DNA of 63,765 bases, the filler included, from Rhabdomonas costata (Eukaryota), in the NCBI GenBank assembly GCA_019059605.1. It is 53 parts of 53 records of this genome, joined end to end, with 100 filler letters (N's around TTAATTAATTAA, not from the genome) between each part and the next. Parts side by side here need not be neighbours in the genome. Positions count along the whole stretch, not along the records: positions 61,458 to 62,561 come from JAHMHO010028374.1; positions 62,662 to 63,765 come from JAHMHO010028375.1; 51 more parts are not named here. One strand, written 5' to 3'. Under the pieces are notes generated by a model, which saw only the letters and a program-made list of their open reading frames with translations, was not told the origin of the DNA and did not search any database. Made by a program: the position numbers and the translations under genes. Shown one piece after another: positions 61,631 through 63,765 of this stretch. Position 1 is the first letter of the stretch. Every line of letters starts with the position of its first letter.

Positions 61631-63765
61631 GTATGCATGCCTTTCCAGGACGTACGCATATTTATGCCTTTGCAGGCCAGCTTGTTGAATATTCGTACAA
61701 CGAATGTTAAGAAAGGCATGCCGCCGGTCCTGTATCCGTCCTGTGTGCAACCGACCATGTGGACCTCTGCAGCTGCTGAGTTTTTTTTGGGGGGGGGAAT
61801 ATTGAAGAGCCGGTTATAAACACAAGACCGTTTTGAGGGGAACAGCGGGAGAGTACACGAGCAAGGAGAAATGCGAGGAGCCAGCTGCTGAGGTCAGCGT
61901 GGAGGTGCAGCATGAGCCCAAAAGATAGTTGAGCGAGATCTGAGGAAGCTATAGAGCGACAGATAAGAATACAAGAAGGTCACGAAGTCCTCGTTTGTGA
62001 CTCTCCGTGGTCAGAAGATGATGACCTGAGGCCCACACAGCAGTGACGAAGCGAGGCCCACCGATCCATAAGAGGAGACGGGGCTAGCGCAGAGGCTTTT
62101 TGCTCCCGAATACCATTACAATGTTGATCAATGCTGGCATGCAGCAGAGGGCGCGTGTACCAGGGAAGCGGCCAGTGAGTGGCAGGAAAACCTCCAGAAT
62201 AGCGACGGCTTCTGGACGTAGTGTGCGCTCAAACTGTCTCTGAATTACCAGGTTATTCACCACAGTTGCAGACATTTGTCGCGTAATTTCGCGTGGGATG
62301 ACCAGGTGCAATATTTTCTTGTTTTTCTCCCTTCCATTCTGCCCGGCACGGGGGGTGGGGGTGTTCAGCTGCGTTTGTCTGTCGGCACCTTCGTCGCATC
62401 GGACGACAGTACTGTACGACCCTTTCTGGCGAGCGCATATTCCGTTTAGCCACCATTTTTCTTTTCGTTCTGGTTTTCCCTTTTCGTTCACTGCTTACGT
62501 TTAATCGCACAAACGTTCGCAAACGCAAATCTGCCAGAGCTGTCCCTAAATCCAACAAAAANNNNNNNNNNNNNNNNNNNNNNNNNNNNNNNNNNNNNNN
62601 NNNNNTTAATTAATTAANNNNNNNNNNNNNNNNNNNNNNNNNNNNNNNNNNNNNNNNNNNNGCACACTCACACTGCTGACCTAATCTGCTTTGATGTGCT
62701 TTCAGGATGTAAGATATTCTAATCAAAATAAGAACAGGAAACGTTTATCCCAATATGCATACAGTAGATAGCGTGCAAAAAAGGATTTCCTGAACTGAAG
62801 GAAGCGACCCTCTCCTCGAAAGATTCTCCCCTCTCTTCTTCCGACGGGTATCAACCGCGAAGGAGCACTTTCAACACCATGCAGTACCACTATTTGCAGC
62901 AGCCAAACGGGGCATTCCATCACAGAACAACAACAAGCACACCTCGAGAGGTGAGAGGAGAAAAAAAAGAGACCATGAAAGCGTGTTCAATGCACACCTG
63001 CACGAGAGTGAGAGTGAGAGTAAGAGTGAGAGGGGGGGATGTTTGCGCGGCATGGTGTGGGCAGAAGGGGGCACACACCACACCACTTGAAATACAGCTT
63101 TCAAAGAACCTTTCCCCCCAAAAGCCATGCATGAAACGAAACCGGCCGCAAGCACACAGGAGAGCTACAGGCAGGCAATACACGTCATGTGAGTGGAAGC
63201 AATCTTGCAGGGAGCGGGAGGATGCACGACAGGATCCACGACATGAGCGTGGCTCCCTCCCCCTTTTAAAGCACAGGAACGAGAGGGCCGCACTGGGCGA
63301 GAAAGAAGAAGAAGCGAAGATCTGGGATTGACGGAGTGGTGCAATGTCATAGGGCTTTTGCTGCAAAACGGACTCGGTTCCAAGCATACTCTGACGTTGT
63401 TATGTGGTATTGCCCCAAATATTAACCACCACGTAAACGCCTCCTCCAGATACCTCCTTTTAACGTGAAACACTTGCTATAGAAATTCTGCAAGTGTAGG
63501 AATTAATCACAGCTCAAAGGAAGGCTCTTGACTATCACATTGCCCAACACTCAAATTGTCTTTTCAGATTAAACTACCTGTGCATACCGCCAACGTACAA
63601 TTTACATAAATCCACAAACCAACAGCCCTTCTGTGGCACTTTTCAAATCTGTGTGAAGGTATGTGAACAAATGGCAGACATCCCCCCCGCGTAGTTCTTA
63701 ATAAAGCATTTCTTCTTTGACTTAGGGACAGTGTGTCAGCATGCAACACCGCAAGGTCACATGAT

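Overview
This window is not a contiguous locus. It is 53 unrelated ~1.1-kb contigs joined by 52 artificial 100-bp linkers (N44-TTAATTAATTAA-N44), so adjacency across linkers means nothing. Most contigs begin with G/T-only bases and end with A/C-only bases, and several keep near-copies of TGTGTTGGGTGTGTTTGG, the signature of GenomePlex/PicoPLEX-type whole-genome amplification. The DNA is nuclear sequence of an intron-rich eukaryote with GT-AG introns and polypyrimidine tracts. It is most consistent with a euglenid, and a WGA-derived draft such as Rhabdomonas costata is a candidate (inference only). Recognisable spliced gene fragments: VPS15, NAD(P) transhydrogenase, xylulokinase, Piezo, biotin-ligase N-terminal domain, an MPPED-like metallophosphoesterase, an RRM protein, a GNAT, MORN/ARM/LRR proteins and several class III adenylyl cyclase pieces. 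Mobile DNA: decayed CRE-clade non-LTR elements, a candidate MITE and a dispersed ~160-bp repeat. The two best leads are (1) a Ty3/Gypsy-type integrase tail followed on the same strand by a DIRS-type Dam-like N6-adenine methyltransferase (1-1100; the methylase frame is missing from the ORF track) and (2) an AT-rich island carrying a broken giant-virus-like methylpurine-glycosylase-family gene (40977-41725). All family calls come from motif recognition by eye; no searches were run.
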